Assembly (NCBI RefSeq): GCF_035594765.1
Contig: NC_085841.1
Span: 258,312,689 to 258,376,688, forward strand
Length of the DNA: 64,000 nucleotides
Reading direction: 5' to 3'
DNA from: Anolis carolinensis
Taxonomy: Eukaryota
Part shown: positions 23,978-36,053 of the stretch, in pieces
Layout: each line of letters opens with the position of its first letter
How positions within the stretch are numbered: position 1 is the stretch's first letter
The notes under the pieces: generated by a model
Databases searched by the model: none
The model's input: only the letters and a program-made list of their open reading frames with translations
Told to the model about the DNA's origin: nothing
Position numbers and translations under genes: made by a program

Positions 23978-24897
23978 TTATAGAGCGATGTGGAATCCAC
24001 TTGAAGGATACACATTTAGCACTGTCCCTACTAAAAGTGGGCCTCTGGGATCAACAATAAAAAGGTATGCTCCTCCCTGCATTTCTTTGCTGAAGCCATA
24101 TGCTTTTCAGAACAAAGCACGAAAAGTTTCATCGGTACAGGCTGTCTGAAGCTAAACAATACTTCATTTCACTTAGGATCCTGACAGTGAAGCAGATACC
24201 AACAAAACTCACACAAGAATCCTTAAGAATATATTGGACCTCCGTGTGGCAAGCATGCATCTATTTCCCAACATACAAGTTCAAGAGGGAAATGTTTCTT
24301 GGAAGGAGAAACTGTGAAGACCACTGCTGTGGAGCAAACTCATTTAATATGAGTAGCAAGGCATAGGCAATAGCTCTTTTAATAGACATTTATGGCAGAT
24401 ACATACCCATCCCTGTCATTATAAGTAATTGTAATTTATAGCAGGTACATCACAGTATGCGGAGAAGAGGGTCTTGGCTGTACTATCAGAAAGTGGAGTA
24501 GCTAATGAAGTGTGAGTATGGGCATGCACGTTTGCATGCATTGCACGAGTTGGGAAACAATGTCAAGGATATTTATTAATAGTCTGTGAGAGGTGTGAGC
24601 AGTGAGGTGGCAAATGCTGCAGCTGACCAATGATTTAGCTTGGCAGAGGCAAGAAAAAGAACTGTGGAGGGACAGAACTGAACAAGAACAGAACATAAAT
24701 TGGATAAGGCAACAGTAAGTGACACCCCAGGCAGTGAAATACACAGAAACTTACCTGTCTGTGTACAATTCTAAAGTCTTCACAAACTGAAAGGTTTTGT
24801 GTTAGTTACAACTTTCCCAAAAAACAGATCTGAGAGTCACAGAAAATAGCCAAGAGTGTCTGCCTCAACCACGAAGTAGAAAGTGGAAAGAGCAAAT

Positions 24898-25119
24898 TGT
24901 CAACCCTCTGTATCCATGAATCCTGCATCCAAAGATTCGACCATTCATGACTTGAAAATATTTTAAATCTAAAAACTAAACCTTGATTATACCATTTTAT
25001 ATAAGGGATACCATTTTAACCATGTCACTGTATATATAATAGGACTTGAGCATGTATGGAATTTGGTATCCCTGAGCATCTTGGAACCAAACTCCAGCAG
25101 ATACTGAGAGCTCACTATA
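24898..25119. mobile_element. Old Tigger/MER2-like non-autonomous DNA transposon
   Basis: CCCTCTGTATCCATGAAT...GGACTTGAGCAT...TTTGGTATCC...GGAACCAA...GATACTGAGAG pattern typical of MER2-group elements. Confidence 0.6.
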
Positions 25120-25639
25120 ATAACATGTTCAGCACAGGACTGACAATAGTCTACAGCAGGACTGATGAAAATAAAAATACTGAAGGGCAGTTATAAAACT
25201 CTGCAGGTCAAGTCCTGATGCTAGAAAATACTTTGGGCCTCCACTGTCTTGACGCATCTGGATCTGTGATTAAAAGAAGATAAGGCCAAAAGAGCAATGA
25301 CATACTTAACAGGGCTCTGAAGTATTCAGAATGAAGAAAGATTGGGAATGTGTCCTCAGAAAAGCTGAGCATATAATTTTACTGTTTGATTGTTTGCAGT
25401 GTTTAAAAACTCTTTGTAAATTGCTATGGGACTCTCTTGAGGACTGAGGAGTAGGATACTAAATACTCTAAACAAACAAATTATTGTATTTATTTCAATT
25501 TGTACTCTGCCTTTTGGCCTACATCATGCAAGAGTGCTTAAAATACAAAGAAGCAGGGAAGGATGAGGAAGGCATGAAATGGAACAATATCAGGGGAGAG
25601 CTGAGTTCCTCTTGTGGCAATGTTTTTCAGCACTGTCAA

Positions 25640-25765
25640 ATATTTGGTTTTATTATGGACTGTTTTTAATGTTTGTATTGTTCGTATTTTATAAATGCTG
25701 TTAGCCACCTGGAACCCTTGAGTGGGAAAAGGCAGGATAAAAATAGCCTAAATAAATAAATAATG
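25640..25765 (+). mobile_element. L2-type tail
   Basis: TGTTAGCCACCTGGAACCC...GGGAAAAGGCAGGATAAAAAT...(AAAT)n. Confidence 0.55.
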
Positions 25766-26741
25766 CTTAAAATGCAAGCGCCAATATGCCTGTATGGAAA
25801 GGGGGGAGGATATTATAGTTACTCTGTTTTTAAATTTCTTCCGTCTCCATTGTAATGGACTGTATTTTAAAGACTCCACTTTTGGTTTTCAAAGATCTTG
25901 GCTATATTTGGAACCTGTTCTTGAAGACTCAGCCTCTTGGCTGTCTGCCACCAGCGAGTGCCTTTATTCTTTTGTGATCCTGCCATTATATCTCCAACTC
26001 TTCATCTGTGGCTGTCACAGTGTGCCTTGCCAAGTCAGCCGCTTCTCAGTCCCTGAGAGTCTTCAGCCAAAACTCAGATCAGAAGGTGAGCTCTTCTAAA
26101 GTTACCAGAAGGTGAGCCCATGTGTAACAATTCCAAAATCGTAAGCATTTGTGTTTGCATGCATGCAAAAACATGGTAGGGAGCTCAATGATGGGGATAT
26201 CCTGCACACTGAACAATTTTACACATTAGCATAACATGTAGGTAGCAAGGGGGCCTGGTACTATGCTGTGGCTGTTCATGGGTTCAATGACACTGGGGCC
26301 ATAAATTGCCCCATGTTTTAGTCCGAACAATAAAGGAGGGTATTATCAGGATGGAAAAAGTTTTTAATGAGGAAGAATGAGAAGAGGAAGCAGCAGTTTG
26401 TTTTTGCTTGAATGTACTGGGAAGGCCAAGACTCCGCCGTCCTCTCCTCTCTTTCCTGCCAAGTTAACTGAGTGCAAACTACTTTTGCACTTTGAATTTA
26501 GTTACCAGGAATTGTCGCAAGCTGAGAACAGGGGGTAAAGTGGAGGGCATGAGGTGTCCACTAGACTTTCACCTCTATCCTCTAAACAAGTGAATAGAGA
26601 AACATCTTTGTTCATTTGTACTGGTGCCTGGGAGGAGGGGGGGGGGCTCCACAGATGAAAACTCTAACCTGTCAAAACCTCAGTTGGCAGCGACAGTGAG
26701 ATTCCCTGAATCAACCATGATTGGCAATGGAGCACTGCACC

Positions 26742-27158
26742 TAGAATCATAGAATCATAGAATAGTAGAGTTGGAAGAGACCTCATGAGCCATCCAGTCC
26801 AACCCCCCGCTAAGAAGCAGGAAATCGCATTCAAAGCACCCCCGACAGATGGCCATCCAGCCTCTGCTTAAAAGCCTCCAAAGAAGGAGTCTCCACCACA
26901 GTCCGGGGGAGAGTTCCACTGTCGAACAGCTCTCACAGGGAGGAAGTTCTTCCTGATGTTCAGGTGGAATCTCCTTTCCTGTAGTTTGAAGCCATTGTTC
27001 CGTGTCCTAGTCTGCAGGGCAGCAGAAAACAAGCTTGCTCCCTCCTCCCTATGACTTCCCCTCACATATTTGTACATGGCTATCATGTCTCCTCTCAGTC
27101 TTCTCTTCTGCAGGCTAAACATGCCCAGCTCTTTAAGCCGCTCCTCATAGGGCTTGTT
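26742..27158 (-). mobile_element. Young 5'-truncated CR1 LINE
   Basis: (CATAGAAT)n tail; ORF2 end MFSLQKRRLRGDMIAMYKY...RRFHLNIRKNFL. Confidence 0.95.
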
Positions 27159-28189
27159 GACTGAGAATTTCTGTATTTATTTGTGTGACAGTGAATAAAA
27201 ATTCTTGTTCATTTGCATGCTTGTGTATGCCTCTCTTTCCATCCCCACCCCACATTTTTTCCTCTTTATTCTTTGTGTGCAGTTTTTTTCTCTGCCAGGT
27301 TTTCCTTCTTTTACTAGTTTTCTGCCCTCCACATCATTAGAGAAGGCCAGTCATATTTTATAGCCATATTCCTATGGCAGCCATTAACAACTAGCTCTTC
27401 CAGCAATCATTTTGCCGTTGTGCTCATAACACATTTTTAGCATCCCCCACCTGTTTGGGACATTAAATGATTGGCGGTCCCTAGATATAACTTACTCAGT
27501 AAATTTCAAAATATTATTTTTTTCTTATTCTTGCTAACAGTGGAGCCTTTCTTATTCTTCCACATGTTTGGATGATATATTGCTAGTTGCCCTTTGCTTG
27601 CATCTTTCTCCCTTCCCCTCCCTCTATGAAAAGCTGTCATAATTTGTGTTTGAAAGTGATTTATTGTATCATGTAAATGCACTCAGTGCTCCAGTGATGG
27701 TGGTGAAGATGCTACATATAAATGATCATTATTATTTACAAATTATTATTAATTGAAGAGGGTGTACAGAGTATCATGCCTATAAAATGTAGAGTGGGTG
27801 ACATATATTAAATACATGGCATAAACTATAATTAATGTAACTGGGAAGTTCATTATGTCTTTCTCTGCCACTAGAAGCAGAGATTAGTGCTATCTGCATG
27901 ACCTGTGATCGATAGCAGGCCAGGCAAAATTCTCCCTGCTGTATACTTTCAAAGTAAAAGGGAATGGTATTGAAAAGACCGAAGTAGTGATTGTGGCTCC
28001 CAATTCTTTCCATTGCACAAGTGTCAAGGAATGAGATTTTGATTTAATGTCAGGATCAGTAAGGTCGTGAGTCCACACGCAAAGTCCAACCACCTCCTTT
28101 GCCCATTTTCTTCAGAGTACAAGGCAGGTAACTGTACAAGCAATCCACAAGACAACCAGATGGTGTATATCCAATTCTAGTCTTGCCAT

Positions 28190-28676
28190 TATTAAATTGC
28201 ATCAACATGAGCAGAGTATCCAGATCAAGGGAAGCAGTCATGTCCCTCTACCTTGCTTGAGTCAGGCCTCACCTGGAATACTGTGTCCAGTTTTGGACAC
28301 CACAATTTAAGAAAGATATTGACAAGCTGGAACATCTCCAAGGATTATGAAAGATCTGGAACCAAGCTGTATGAAAAATGGCTTAGGGAGTGAGATATGT
28401 TTAGCTTGGACAAAATAAGACTGAGAGGTGACGTGATAGCTATCTTTAAATATCTGAAATGATGTCATGTAGGAGAAAGAGCAAATTTGTTTTCTGCTGC
28501 TCCAGGACTAGAACTTGAACCAATGGATTCAAATAACAAAAATAAGATTCCACTTAAACAGAAGAAAGACAATTTTTCATTATAAGAGCTGTTCAACAGT
28601 GAAATAGACAGAGAGTGATGGACTCCTTTTCTTTGGAGATCACAGTTGAATCTTTCAGGAGTGCTTTTGCTGTGTA
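28190..28676 (+). mobile_element. Older CR1 ORF2 3' fragment
   Basis: GTCAGGCCTCACCTGGAATACTGTGTCCAGTTTTGG (VRPHLEYCVQFW) and AGACTGAGAGGTGAC. Confidence 0.85.
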
Positions 28677-28796
28677 TTTATTATATTTTAATTCTGTTTG
28701 TTCCACACTGTTACTATATAATTGTTTTTTAACTTTTGTATTGTACCTTTTAAACTTGTCTAGTGTGGGATTGTTTGCTGCCTTGCGTCTCTAATG

Positions 28797-28930
28797 CAGT
28801 GGTTCTCAACCTGTGGGTCCACAGATGTTTTGACCTTCAACTCCCAGAAATCCTAACAGCTGTAAACTGGCTGGGATTTCTGGGAGTTGTAGGCCAAAAT
28901 ATCTGGGGACCTACAGGTTGAAAACCACTG
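28797..28930. mobile_element. hAT MITE inserted in an L2 tail (about 28680-28985)
   Basis: CAGTGGTTCTCAACC / GGTTGAAAACCACTG; the L2 terminus GCTGCCTTGCGTCTC...GGGAGAAATGTGGGATATAAATAAAG is split by it; TSD degenerate. Confidence 0.88.
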
Positions 28931-28989
28931 TTCTACAGGGAGAAATGTGGGATATAAATAAAGTTAATAATAGTAATAACAATGTGTAT

Positions 28990-29357
28990 TGTGAGGGTTT
29001 GTAAAAGAGGCACCATGATGTGGTGAGTTGACTGGAAAGGGCATGTGGTGACAGTTGATTGGCTGAGCCAGTCAGGAGCCAGAATTCCAATTGGCTGCTA
29101 TCTCTAACTTGGTGCTGAGGCAAACAGTTTTAACTGCCACTTTCATCTCAGAGAGGGCGGAGAGCAGCTGACTGGAAATTGGTCAGGAATGAAATGGCTG
29201 CCATACTCTCCGAAGCCTGATTATTTATATGGCAAATGAGGCATATTTAAAGGGACTGTTTATTCCCCATGTTCTCTGTGTGAATTCAGGTAGACTGTTA
29301 TATATATATTGTTTCCATGTTTGAACTTTTGAACTGAAGTAAAGATACTGTTACTTG
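28990..29357 (+). mobile_element. LTR-like fragment between 91-bp direct repeats
   Basis: Starts TGTGAGGG, two ATTGG boxes, AGTAAA near its end; no clear short TSD. Confidence 0.4.
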
Positions 29358-29448
29358 CAAAACACCTGGGTACCTACAGGTTGAGAACCACTGCTTTACA
29401 GGGAGAAATGTAGGGTATAAATAAAGTTAATAATAGTAATAACAATGT
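29358..29448 (+). repeat. Direct duplicate of 28895-28985 (MITE right end plus L2 tail)
   Basis: 91 nt ungapped, eight mismatches by manual alignment. Confidence 0.92.
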
Positions 29449-30774
29449 TATTACTATTCCAGATGGCATGGGAAGATTATCTTGTGTAATCGCCTCCAGC
29501 ATTATGATTCTGTGAAATCATTTCGCTCAACCTGATATGATATTATGTTTTTAAACCTGAAAGAAAGACAATTGTTTTCTGTGAATATTTCCAGTTGCAA
29601 ATTCCAGTGCAATGTGACATTGTCAGCCTTTGCTTCTATATAGGACATAGTAGTGTGAACAGTGAGTACACAGCCTGGAAAAATATCTTGGAGATCAAGA
29701 GTTGTCAGAATCTCCCAGACATCACCATAGAGTATTCTGGGAATTGCAGGCTAAAATAAGTAACTTTCTTCAGATCTGAATGGATTTCCCAGAAAATTGA
29801 AATTTGTAGATCAGTTCCCATCATTATGACTAAAGTGAAGTTTAGCTGTTCCTGCCTCTTTCCCAATATGGAGTAGTATTGGTGAGTGGGGGAAGGAGCA
29901 AAGTATGATCAGCTGCCACATCCAGGTACCAGCTGAGATTTGAATTAGAGTCCCTTATTGTGAGGATGTTTTTTTTTTTACCTTCCAACTGTTTCAGTTT
30001 GGAAAGGCCAATTCCACTCATTCTTCTATTATCTCACTTTTTAGCTGCTCTTAAAATGTCCATGTTTGTCTCCACTAACTGTCCCATGTTGTCCTCAACT
30101 TACATTTACACTTAATTAACTCAACAGGAGGAAAGGTTGGAAAGCAGGGAGAGTCTTGGCCTCCCCTATAGGCTCATTTAGGGTTTTTTTCCATTTTCCT
30201 CTAACCTCAGTACACAAATTGCAGCATTAAAAGTTTAGAATAGTAGCTTTGCATGTTATTCCCTGTTACAGGTTGATAATCCCTTATCTGGAATTCTGAA
30301 ATCCAAAATCTGAAATTGTACAGTCCCCAGCTGCAGTCAGCACTGCTAAAACCTATTGCTGGTTGATTTTGCACAGAATCTAGTATGTCATTCTCCCCAA
30401 TGTCAACAGCAGCCCCCAAGCACTACTGCAATATAAATATTAAATAACGAGAGTTAATATTTAATTCACTTGTAGGCCTTCTTAACCGTTTAATGAAATT
30501 CACAACAGGGTCAAACATGCCTGTGACTGCACAGCATCAGCAACGACAACTGTTGCCTCTGAATAAAAATCATTAGTTAAAGATGAGAAATTTCCTCCTA
30601 AGATTAACACAGTGTATGGGCAATCAATATGTGATAAAAATCATTGCACTTTCCTCCCTCACAAACACAGTGGGGAAAGCTACAAAGCAACGAACCTTGT
30701 AAATCTGCTGGTTATGAAACTATGAACAGCATGAATTTTCAGAATGGTTTTACGCCACACCCCTTTTGGTATAT

Positions 30775-30870
30775 AAGTAATGGTTGCCGCTTTGAGTCTC
30801 CTTGTGGAGAGAGAAAAGGGATATAAATAATAATAATCATCATCATCATCAACATCGTCGTCGTCGTCAT
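30775..30870 (+). mobile_element. L2-type tail with (AAT)/(CAT)/(CGT) repeats
   Basis: GCCGCTTTGAGTCTCCTTGTGGAGAGAGAAAAGGGATATAAATAA. Confidence 0.65.
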
Positions 30871-31380
30871 AGCAAACCTCTGCAAAGTCCATTCGGTTTT
30901 CATTTCATCCTACACATCTTATTTGTTCCTTAGTAAAATCAACATGTCTATCCCTCTCTTTTATAATTGTTTGATAGTCTAATATTCCTACCTTGGATCC
31001 TGGATTCTGTAATTAACTAGCGAACAGGTCGCCCTAATCATCATCTAAACGGCAAACAAATATCAAGCAATACATGTTTCCCTTTCTACACTCATTCCAT
31101 CCATTGCTAACCAGACTGCTACAGTAAATGCCATGGACACCTTCTATATGATTTTGAAACCAGGAAAGGATCTTTCCAATCTCTCTCTCTCCCCTCCCCC
31201 CCTCTTTCTCTTTCTCTCACGCACACACATTTACACATACCATGGAGGACACTCGAAACAGGGTCTGAATCAGTACCTTTCTAAAAGGCGGGACAAGAAG
31301 AGGATGTGGGGAGATGGTGGAAGCTTTTTGTTAATTTATATCATGCTTTCTCCGTCTGTACTGTGACTCACAGTATCTTA

Positions 31381-32012
31381 GGTAAAGGTAAAGGTTTTCC
31401 CCTGACATTAAGTCTAGTCATGTCCGACTCTGGGGTTGGTGCTCATCTTCATTTCTAAGCCGATGAGCTGGCATTGTCTGTAGACACCTGGTTATGTGGC
31501 CAGCATGATTGCATGGAATGCCATTACCTTCCCCCTGGAGCAGTACCTATTGATCTACTCACATTTGCATGTTTTTGAACTGCTAGGATTAGTACTCCAA
31601 ACATATTGCACAATTATAATCTTATCCCTCTTCTCCAAGTCTGAAGTTTAAAGTACCATTATGTCATCCGTGGCCACTGGCTACACTTTTATTTTCTGAT
31701 GTTGTGTTTTAACTCTTGATGTATTTAATTTGCTGTGGTTGTATTTTACTGTATCTTGTTGGGCTTGGTCCCCATGTGAGCCACCCCAAGTCCCCTGGGG
31801 GAGATGGGTCGGAATACAAGGATAAAGTTGTTGTTGTTGTTGTTATTATTATTATTATTATTATCAGCCTCATCATCATCATCATCTTTAGGTTGGCTGA
31901 AGCCGGGGCTAACAGCAGGAGCTCATTCCGCTCCCCGGATTCGAACCACCGACCTTTCAGTCAGCATGTTCAGCAGCTCAGGAGTTTAACCCACTGCACC
32001 AATAGGGGCTCC
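31381..32012 (-). mobile_element. Sauria SINE, full length, interrupted
   Basis: (ACCTTT)n tail, B box GGTTCGAATCC on minus strand, perfect 14-bp TSD CTCACAGTATCTTA at 31367-31380 and 32013-32026. Confidence 0.92.
31588..31888 (+). mobile_element. L2 3' fragment inserted in the Sauria SINE
   Basis: Same terminus as 285-386; SINE sequence CTGCTAGG|TTGGC is split with TAGG on both sides. Confidence 0.8.
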
Positions 32013-32536
32013 CTCACAGTATCTTACAAATTATTAAAACGAGTACAGGTTTAAAATATACAAGAACGTCAATAACATTTATATGAAAGTTATTTTAAAT
32101 CAAACAATGTAGTGTTAAAACCATATAAAATTCATCAAAAGATAAAACATTTAAAAGATCAACAAAAAAGCACACAGCCAAAAACTCATCACAATCCATT
32201 CCTAAAAGCCTGATGGAGTAGTATTTTTTTCAGTTTACTGGAAGAAGAGGAACCAGGAGGTCTTCCCAGAAATGGAGCTCCAAACTATTGGAACAACTAG
32301 CAAGAAGGCTCACCCTCTTGTTCTCATGAAATAGGTAGTGAAGGTAGTTAGATAGAGAGAAAGGCCTCTCCCAAAGATTTTAGAGCTCAAATGGGCTCAT
32401 ATAAGGAAACAAGTTCCTTCAAACAGCCTAAATTCCAAGTGTATCTTATTCTCCAGTCAATGCTGCAGGTGGAGACTTGGACAAAAGAAATTGCCTCAGA
32501 ATGAATTCTCAAACTTAACCTTTCGCCTCTTGTTTT

Positions 32537-32779
32537 GCCGCAGTGGTGCAATGCATTAAACCCTTGTGCCGGCTGAACTACTGACCTGAAGGTTGCCAGT
32601 TCGAATCCATGAGACAGGGTGAGTCCCGTCTGTCAGCTCTAGCTGACAGAGACATGAGAGAAGCCTCCTAGCTAACACATCCAGACATGCCTGGGCAACG
32701 TCTCTGTAGACAGCCAATTCTCTCACACCAGAATTGACTTGCAGTATGTTCTCAAGTTGCTTCTGATACGTTAAAAAAA
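32537..32779 (+). mobile_element. ACASINE2-like SINE
   Basis: AGTTCGAATCC B box; tail TTCTCAAGTTGCTTCTGATACG plus A-run. Confidence 0.85.
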
Positions 32780-33560
32780 GCCTCTCCCCAAAAACACCAG
32801 GAATGTAAGTGGCAGAGGCCTGGATGAAAGTGAAAGAGAGGAAGAGCGAGAGTAAATATGCTTTTGACTTTCCAGAGCAAATAGTACCATCGTGGATGCA
32901 TCCTGGGTACTCTTTAAAAAGACCAAGCCAACACAGTGCCCTGGAAGGCAGGGAGTAGGATCACAGAATTCCTTGACAGTAAGCTTGGCATTAAACAGAC
33001 TACCCATGGCTTGGCTGATGCAGTTCCAAAACAGAAAGCATAATAATGAAATGAAGCATCTCCCAAAAGATTCTCATCTTCAGTTAGCAATGCAATGACA
33101 GTGCATTGAGATCTAGATACACCCCCTGAATCCCATTCCTTGTTATGCCACCAATATGACAAGACACTTGGATAATGTAACATGACTGGTTCTCCTTAGG
33201 GTTGTCATAAACTGGAAATGACTGGAAAGTAAGCAACAAATACGTGGTGTAGCCCTAGGGCACAAAATTTGTTTTTTCTCACCTTGCATATATACAGGAT
33301 AAAAAAAGACAGGAACCATTCCAGGTATTTGTAATATATAGGTATAAACCTCCTGATTTCATAATATGAGAAATCATAATTTTTTTAAAGTAATCAACTT
33401 CCCGATAATAATGCCAGAGTGTCTTTTCAGTTCTGAAATATGCATTGATTTGAATGTCAATCTCGTCCTCCTCCTCTTCTTCTGTTTCCATGGTCCAATA
33501 ATGAATTTTACATTTACAAAAGTTTACACTCATCACACTTCAAAGGCATTACATCTCTGT

Positions 33561-33708
33561 GGCCCCTTCTACACTGCCATATAATCTGGATTATCAAACC
33601 AGATAATCCACATTATCTGCTTTGAACTGGATTATATGTGTCTACACTGCCAGATAATCCAGTTCAAAGCAGATGTTCTGGATTTCATATGGCAGTGTAG
33701 AAGGGGCA
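33561..33708. mobile_element. PIF/Harbinger-type MITE
   Basis: GGCCCCTTCTACACTGCCATAT / ATATGGCAGTGTAGAAGGGGC. Confidence 0.9.
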
Positions 33709-33954
33709 TTTGTTAGGCAACGATGGCTGTGACTATTGATCCAGAATATCAGAATAGACTTGTTACCTTATATCAATCTGGTTCAGCTCTCTTGTAAGAA
33801 TCCCTTCAATAACCTCCACTATAGAATGATTTTTGTTGATTTCTATTTTAAGAAATAAACAAAAACGATTACATTTCAAGGAGCATATTTATATCTATGT
33901 AAATTTTCAAAATGGATGTCAGAACCTGTCTGTGTAAGTCAAAAGCTTGTGTGA

Positions 33955-34167
33955 ATGCATATGTGCCTTCAAGTCACCTGTTGACTTATGGCGATCCCAT
34001 AAATTTTGTAAGTATTCTTGAGTAACCAATACTCAAAAGTGGTTTTGTCCTAATAAATATAATCTATAGTACCTGATATGTATTTTGGTTTCCCATCCAA
34101 ATACTAACTAGGACTAACCATGCTTACTTCCAAGAACAGGATTTGGTGCCTTTTGGGTGTTTAGGCC
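33955..34167 (-). mobile_element. 5S rRNA-headed SINE (SINE3-like) with RTE-type tail
   Basis: Minus strand TCTTGGAAGTAAGCATGGTTAGTCCTAGTTAGTATTTGGATGGGAAACC resembles the 5S internal control region; tail CGCCATAAGTCAACAGGTGACTTGAAGGCAC. Confidence 0.7.
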
Positions 34168-34566
34168 AAAGTCATAAAGTAAGAAGCGTACACCTAGCAT
34201 TTTGAATCTTACTTGGCCCAATAAGAGCAACTGTCTTGCTGCCTTGATCATCTGTGTGACATGTACCAATACCAGGTAAACAAATCAATTTCATTGTGGT
34301 CAGTTCCTCACACTGATGAGATTTAGAATTTCAGGAACACAGCACTGCTTATGTTAAGGGAGGACAGATTTGTAAAATAAACTTTGCTTTTGTACTAGAA
34401 TTCAGGTCCAGCAGATATAGCTAGGTGCCAAATAGTATTGGCGGAGGGGGAGTGGGGAGGATAAGTGCAAAATAAGAAATGGGAGACTGGATGTTTCTGA
34501 ACACATGCGAAATCCAAGGATTTATTTCCAATATCAGAATAAAGCTCACCACTAGTCCTACACCTA

Positions 34567-34705
34567 GGGCCCTTCCACACAGCCATATAACCCAGAATAT
34601 CAAGGCAGATAATCCACAATATCTACTTTGGACTGGGTTGTCTGAGTCCACACTGCCATATCATTCAGTTCAATGTGGATTTTATACAGCTGTATGGAAA
34701 GGACC
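34567..34705. mobile_element. PIF/Harbinger-type MITE, variant subfamily
   Basis: GGGCCCTTCCACACAGCCATATAA / TTATACAGCTGTATGGAAAGGACC. Confidence 0.85.
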
Positions 34706-34770
34706 TTAATTTCTTCATTTCAGAAGCCTAATTTAGGAAGTGGGTGGAGTAAAGACCCACTTTCTAAATT

Positions 34771-35040
34771 TTATTGTTCATTTGTTCATTGCTTCTGACT
34801 CTTCGCGACCTCATGGACCAGCCCACACCAGAGCTCCCAGTCAGCCGCCCCCACCCCCAGCTCCTTCAAGGTCAAACCAGTCACTTCAAGGACACCATCC
34901 ATCCATCTTGCCCTTGGTCACCCCCTCTTCCTTTTTCCTTCCATTTTCCCCAGCATCATTATCTTCTCCAAGCTTTCCTGTCTTCTCATTATGTGGCCAA
35001 AGTACTTCATCTTTGTACTTTCTAAATTACCCATCCAGTT
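34771..35040 (-). mobile_element. BovB-type RTE LINE 3' end
   Basis: Reverse complement of 40205-40465; ORFs 34774(+) and 40189(-) give near-identical translations. Confidence 0.9.
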
Positions 35041-35044
35041 TTTA

Positions 35045-35250
35045 AGCATGAATTTTAAACACGTGTCCTTTGTTTAATCTGTACAAAAGCATATTTTAAT
35101 ATGTATCTTTTATAAAATACATTTTAATATGTGTATTTGTGGTACAATGTGTATGTGTTTTAATGATTCTGTAACCCACCTTGAGCCACGAGGAGAGGCA
35201 GATAAGAAATAATAATAATAATAATAATAATACTAATAATAAAAATAATG
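35045..35250 (+). mobile_element. L2-type tail
   Basis: TGTAACCCACCTTGAGCCACGAGGAGAGGCAGATAAGAAAT(AAT)n; a similar one lies at 47190-47250. Confidence 0.65.
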
Positions 35251-36053
35251 AAAGACAATCTCATTGTTAATATGCTGTTGTAAACACTTAGGAGTGAGGT
35301 ATCCTTACAAATCTTCTTATCACTTATCAATAGATGTTAGCCTCTGTTAGATTGCAATCTTCTATGTACACACCTGAAAGTAAACTCCACTGACTTAAGT
35401 GAAAGGTGAACAAAATTGTGCTCTTAGATAAGGCAAATTCTCCCTTTCAACAGAGTAAACATGTGAAAGACTCCCATTTTGCTTTCATCTCTGGACAATT
35501 GTATAGTTGTATCATTATTCCCAAATAAATGTTAATTTACAGGGTGGTTTAGACTCATCACTGGTAAGGGATGACTGAGAAAGAACTGGGAAACCTTCTG
35601 CAAAAGTATGCAGAATGCTCTTCCATTTTGAAAGCTATCATGGTTTGCCTTGTAAACATTTTGCTGCTGAGGTTGGAATGCCACCTTCTGAACATTATCT
35701 CATCCCAGAAGCCTCCAGGGACACTCAAGACATGAGAGCTGATTGGCCATGACATAGAGAGTGTTGCCCATGGCTCTCCGCCTCCTCTGTATAGGGCTTT
35801 TTTTTTTGTAGAGTCTAGTCATCTTCAACATTAAATGATGTGTCAACACATCACAGCTATTGTCCTGGGGGGGGGGGGAGATCAGATCTCCCAAGACTAT
35901 TCTGTATGGAATCATGCCCTTAAACTAGAGTACAGATCCTCCTAGGCCTAAACTGAAAATCGTGTGGAGCTTTTCAACCTCATCTGGATGGTCCTGCGAT
36001 GTTAGAACAAGAAGGAAACAAAAGTACTGTTTCTGTGATAGTATGAAAAATAC

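Larger units (their letters stand above)
31325..32430 (-). mobile_element. Old L2 3' region hosting a Sauria SINE
   Basis: Tail TTTATATCATGCTTTCTCC...GACTCACAGTATCTTACA is continuous across the SINE; L2 ORF-end-like text at 32200-32430. Confidence 0.6.

Noticed and set aside
23413-24060. 215-aa ORF, the longest outside LINEs
   Set aside because: Starts at TTG inside one hAT MITE and reads through another; no protein family signal.
24749-24830. Minus-strand exon bounded by CAG|GTAAGT and TCTCAG
   Set aside because: Such sites occur by chance at this scale; no coding signal or partner exon.
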